Made by a program: the position numbers and the translations under genes. Shown here in pieces: positions 61,601 to 64,000 of a stretch of 64,000 bases of DNA (the stretch's first letter is position 1; each line of letters opens with the position of its first letter). The notes below the pieces were generated by a model. That model ran no database searches and was not told where the DNA came from. It saw only the letters and a list, made by a program, of their open reading frames with translations. Origin of the DNA: Magallana gigas (Eukaryota); assembly GCF_963853765.1 (NCBI RefSeq), contig NC_088854.1, forward strand, positions 59,396,001 to 59,460,000, in the 5' to 3' direction.

Positions 61601-62926
61601 AGATAATTGTTTGAATAATGCATAGATTGATAGTTGTGCCTTGATTCTCTTTTCCAGAGCTCCGGCACCTACACATGGATGAACACCGTGTGGCCGGTGA
61701 TCTACACATCCTGGGGGGCGGGGCAGCCCAGCGTGAGTGCCGGGGCCTGTGTCAGTGTGAACAGCACCACCGGCAAATGGCAGACAACCAACTGTACCCA
61801 GAGTCTGGCCTTTGTCTGTAAAATCACCTCAGGTATGGTCCTGTCTACATAGTACAATGTACTGTACATACAGTGTTATTTCGGGATGATCCATTTTGCA
61901 ATTTTTTCACAATCACTGTGTTATTAAAAAAATATATGGGTAATTTAATATATTGTCTAATATAATTCACTGTCACAATGTCATGGTAATTCATTTCCAT
62001 ATGTATTGTGTCTGGTAATTCATTGTCAATGAAATGCCACACTGTCACTATTCAGCTTTTATAGATATATAGTTTAATAACGATAAATCATTCCATGGAA
62101 TAACTATTGATGGTTAATTGACATAAAGGACTAGAAAACCCGCTTTGTTTTACAGACAACCCTCCCGTGACTCCCCCGGCACCCAACAACCAGTGCTATG
62201 GATCTGATTGGATACTGAACGGCAGCAAGTGCTTGCTCTTCCGTCCAAATGATTTCAAGACGTACCTGGATGCCACCCTGGAGTGCCAGCTCCACCACGC
62301 CTCACTGGTGTCTATCCACAGCATATACCAGAACCAGTTTCTGCTACAAACCATCAAGGCTAAATACTCTGTACAGATAGGGTCAATCTGGGTCGGACTT
62401 CACAAATCCTCCGCGTGTAAGCAACTTCAGATCATGTTCTTTGGGTGGTATTTATGGAGTTCTTTTATAGGTCAATGGTTTGCAATTTCAATTTATCACT
62501 GAATGTAAAGTTAGAGAGATAGTTATTTGTTGATCATTACATTACACATGTAGATCATTTATAAAGATGTATAAATATAAATTGTTCTTCAACACGTATA
62601 TGCAATTTTTTTTAATAAAATCATGGGAAATGAAATACAAGTAGAATTCTAATTGTTAAGTCAGAGAGTCAGTATAAATGTAAAATTAGAAATTAAAGGG
62701 TAAGAAGACATTATTTCAATAAAATGAGAACAACTTTTTGCCACAGCTGGGTTTGGGTGGTCTGACAAGAGTCCTACTAACTTCTTAAACTGGGACCAGA
62801 ACCAGCCGTCATCACATGACCAGTGGGGAAACGATGAGAACTGTGCAGAGATTTACACTTGGAATGGAAAGTGGAATGACCAGGATTGCACTCAGAAACG
62901 TGGCTACATTTGTCAGAGAAACCCAG
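32310..62926 (+). CDS. Large mosaic lectin (macrophage mannose receptor-like): signal peptide, 5 CTLD, 3 F5/8C discoidin, WSC, >=7 CTLD; 3'-partial, >=2316 aa
   Basis: Exons (first two tentative): 32310-32317, 33027-33046, 33414-33577, 34291-34406, 35793-35935, 36386-36609, 37342-37421, 37514-37617, 37851-37986, 38142-38215, 38837-38965, 39102-39203, 39527-39688, 39995-40086, 40370-40523, 41233-41274, 41931-42104, 42457-42588, 42890-43006, 43166-43213, 43513-43638, 43946-44139, 45009-45150, 45316-45641, 45929-46070, 46372-46550, 47606-47752, 47897-48035, 48258-48548, 48995-49174, 50011-50168, 50645-50758, 51063-51178, 51436-51590, 51804-52000, 52218-52348, 52470-52531, 52740-52907, 53229-53282, 53428-53606, 54638-54705, 55177-55277, 55863-56117, 57507-57655, 60298-60397, 61053-61291, 61658-61832, 62156-62416, 62747-62926. 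Phases are consistent over 6949 nt. CTLD motifs: CPxGW..CY, WIGL, EPN/WND. Discoidin motifs: W.A..N...QWIQVD, TQGR, I.LRWEI.GC. WSC motifs: GCYSD..RDL, C..KGYYYAGLQ...CFCGN. The gene continues past the window end. Confidence 0.92.
33659..33734. mobile_element. 76-bp perfect hairpin (37-bp arms, 2-nt loop), probable foldback mini-element
   Basis: CATCGTCGGAAACCCACGGTCGGTCTCGCTTCTCTTA-GG-exact reverse complement. The flanks TACAAGTTG / TTCAAGTTG (8/9 match) resemble a 9-bp TSD. Confidence 0.75.
34060..34190 (-). mobile_element. tRNA-derived (SINE-like) repeat fragment
   Basis: The - strand has box A TAGCTCAGTTGG (34108-34119) and box B GGTTCAAGCC (34072-34081), but the anticodon arm is truncated, so it is not a functional tRNA. 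Confidence 0.55.
36145..36354. mobile_element. Decayed copy of the 7240-7461 MITE family
   Basis: Shares TGTAAATTCCTA..CGAGGAATT..ATATCC and GAGAAGCACATCT with the reverse complement of 7240-7461. Confidence 0.65.
36883..37093. mobile_element. MITE with CTGTATACAGGG TIRs
   Basis: CTGTATACAGGG (36885-36896) and CCCTGTATACAG (37080-37091), about 210 bp apart. Confidence 0.7.
38371..38580. repeat. 15-bp minisatellite (TATAATGCTGCTAGT consensus), about 14 units
   Basis: Read directly. The 3' part alternates with a TGTAACACTGCTCAT variant. Confidence 0.9.
43181..43410 (+). repeat. 115-bp tandem duplication spanning an exon end and its donor
   Basis: 43181-43295 and 43296-43410 differ at one base. 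Confidence 0.95.
44161..44248. repeat. 34-bp tandem repeat, about 2.6 units
   Basis: TCTGGAACTCCAGATACATG starts at 44161, 44195 and 44229. Confidence 0.85.
44461..44790 (+). mobile_element. 3'-truncated Helentron-associated (HINE-like) element with a 167-bp internal repeat
   Basis: 5' TGTACCCCCGCTCCGAAGGAGAGGGGGTATAC inverted-repeat block, then (GTCT)n, then tandem units (TCTCAGCAACTATTT at 44548 and 44715). Confidence 0.65.
46681..47549. mobile_element. Older TIR element (Kolobok-like) interrupted by the palindromic element at 47106-47469
   Basis: Left end AAAGGACTAAATATGATATGAG versus the reverse complement of the right end, AAAGAACTATATATGATATGAG (20/22 match). Confidence 0.55.
47106..47469 (+). 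mobile_element. CGCGAAGCG-capped palindromic element, copy 2
   Basis: Collinear with 20384-20755 over its whole length, with a few arm mismatches. Confidence 0.8.
48662..49013 (+). repeat. 32-bp minisatellite built from a splice acceptor plus the first 19 exon bases, 11 units
   Basis: Unit TATTATGTTGTAG|GCGCCGCTAACTCTGTCTG. The last unit runs into the real exon at 48995. Confidence 0.95.
49158..49590 (+). repeat. 57-bp minisatellite seeded by an exon end and donor, about 7.5 units
   Basis: Unit starts (GAGTGCACTCACCC) at 49177, 49234, 49291, 49348, 49405, 49462, 49519 and 49576. Further decayed copies extend to about 49790. Confidence 0.95.
52580..52618. repeat. Imperfect (ATCA)n microsatellite
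   Basis: Read directly. Confidence 0.7.
55304..55417. mobile_element. 114-bp foldback MITE (CAGAGGC...GCCTCTG)
   Basis: Imperfect long TIRs CAGAGGC.....CAACAGAG(T/C)GAG(T/C)GCT. No TSD recognised. Confidence 0.55.
56226..57273. mobile_element. Non-autonomous Tc1/mariner-type element, 1048 bp
   Basis: Perfect 28-bp TIRs CGAGGGTTGTTCGGAAATTATTGAGACA flanked by a TA TSD (56224-25 and 57274-75). No transposase ORF. Confidence 0.9.
57752..58140. repeat. Degenerate ~20-bp minisatellite (AACATAGGTTTACATGTAC-like)
   Basis: About 18 imperfect repeats of AGGTTTACA/CAACA motifs. Confidence 0.8.
58145..58353. mobile_element. MITE with ACTGTGGTTTCAT(T/C)AATATTC TIRs
   Basis: ACTGTGGTTTCATTAATATTC ... 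GAATATTGATGAAACCACAGT, about 210 bp. Confidence 0.8.
58445..59900 (+). mobile_element. Helentron-associated non-autonomous element (HINE) carrying about 5 units of the oyster Cg170-like ~166-bp satellite
   Basis: T-rich flanks, subterminal IRs GCTCACCTGAGC (58451-58462) and GCTCAGGTGAGC (59865-59876), a 3' hairpin GGCCCCTGGGCC, a short GTC microsatellite, and central units (AAAACTATT(A/T)GGCC at about 58686, 58852, 59000, 59167, 59323 and 59487). This is the organisation described for Crassostrea gigas HINEs. Confidence 0.85.
60454..60657. mobile_element. 204-bp MITE with 21-bp TIRs CTGTAAAAGTGGTTATTTACG
   Basis: Perfect TIRs read directly. Homologous in reverse orientation to the MITE inside the 13955-15336 tandem units. 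Confidence 0.8.
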
Positions 62927-63270
62927 GTACAAAATGGGTCATTTTGTGGCTTGTGGGGGAGGGGTTAATGGTCAGTCAATAACCTACTTACAGTACATGG
63001 AGGCCCCATTCCTGGAATCCAAGTATATATGTACAAGGTTCTTGAAGGACAGGGGAAGACTTTTCTTTATCAAACCAGGTTATCATGGGATAAAAATAAA
63101 CAAGATTGAAATTAATCTATTATGCACATCTGTACACGTATTTTTTTCCTTTCAATTTATGGTTAAAAAAGAAATAAGAATTCATTGAACACATTTCAGG
63201 CATGCCTTAAGGACTAACTTTTACAGAAATCATTTTTGATAATTAACAGTTTTATAAAAAGATACATGCA

Positions 63271-64000
63271 GCTATTGTAGTGATTTACCCCAGTAAGTCC
63301 CAGGGAGTTGCTGTAGTGATTTATCCCAGTAAGTCCCAGTTACTGTAGTGATTTATCCCAGTAAGTCCCAGGGAGTTGCTGTAGTGATTTATCCCAGTAA
63401 GTACCAGGGAGTTACTGTAGTGATTTATCCCAGAAAGTCTCAGGGAATAAATGTAGTGATTTACCCCAGTAAGTACCAGGGAGTTACTGTAGTGATTTAT
63501 CCCAGTAAGTACCGGGGAGTTACTGAAGTGATTTATCCCAGTAAGTACTGGGAACTTACTGTAGTGATTTACCCCAGTAAGTCCCGGGGAGTTACTGTAG
63601 TGATTTACCCCAGTAAGTCCCAGGGAGTTGCTGTAGTGATTTATCCCAGTAAGTACCGGGGAGATACTGTAGTGATTAATCCCAGTAAGTACCGGGGAGT
63701 TACTGTAGTGATTTATTCCAGTATGTCCCAGGGAGTTAATGTAGTGATTTACCCCAGTAAGTCCCAGGGAGTTACTGAAGTGATTTATCCCAGTAAGTAC
63801 CGGGAATTTACTGTAGTGATTTACCCCAGTAAGTCCACAGGAGTTACTGTAGTGATTTACCCCAGTAAGTCCCAGGGAGTTGCTGTAGTGATTTATCCCA
63901 GTAAGTACCGGGGAGATACTGTAGTGATTAATCCCAGTAAGTACCAGGGAGTTACTGTAGTGATTTACCTCAGTAAGTCCTGGGGAGTTGCTGTAGTGAT
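63271..64000 (+). repeat. 36-bp minisatellite, about 20 units, running off the window
   Basis: Unit CTGTAGTGATTTA(C/T)CCCAGTAAGT(C/A)CC(A/G)GGGAGTT(G/A). Confidence 0.95.

Overview
AT-rich eukaryotic genomic DNA. It is almost certainly from an oyster (Crassostrea/Magallana-like), inferred from a Helentron-associated (HINE) element carrying a ~166-bp Cg170-type satellite array. Manual splicing gives three intron-rich + strand genes. (1) A complete 197-aa transgelin/myophilin-like gene (calponin family; CDS 5096-8076, 5 coding exons). (2) A complete ~1087-aa EF-hand + WD40 gene of the WDR49/WDR95/WDY ciliary family (11307-30426, 24 exons), with up to three further candidate first exons and RFX X-boxes. 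(3) The first >=2316 aa of a very large secreted or membrane mosaic lectin (about 32310 to beyond 64000): 5 C-type lectin domains, 3 F5/8C discoidin domains, 1 WSC domain, then at least 7 more C-type lectin domains. Introns hold many MITEs, SINE fragments, tiny foldback elements and minisatellites. The most unusual pattern is that at least nine local duplications or VNTRs copy an exon-intron junction, creating arrays of decoy splice sites. One of these could insert in-frame His-rich repeats into a lectin domain. All exon models come from GT-AG boundaries, phase continuity and protein motifs only. There is no RNA evidence, and TE family names are inferences from terminal structure.
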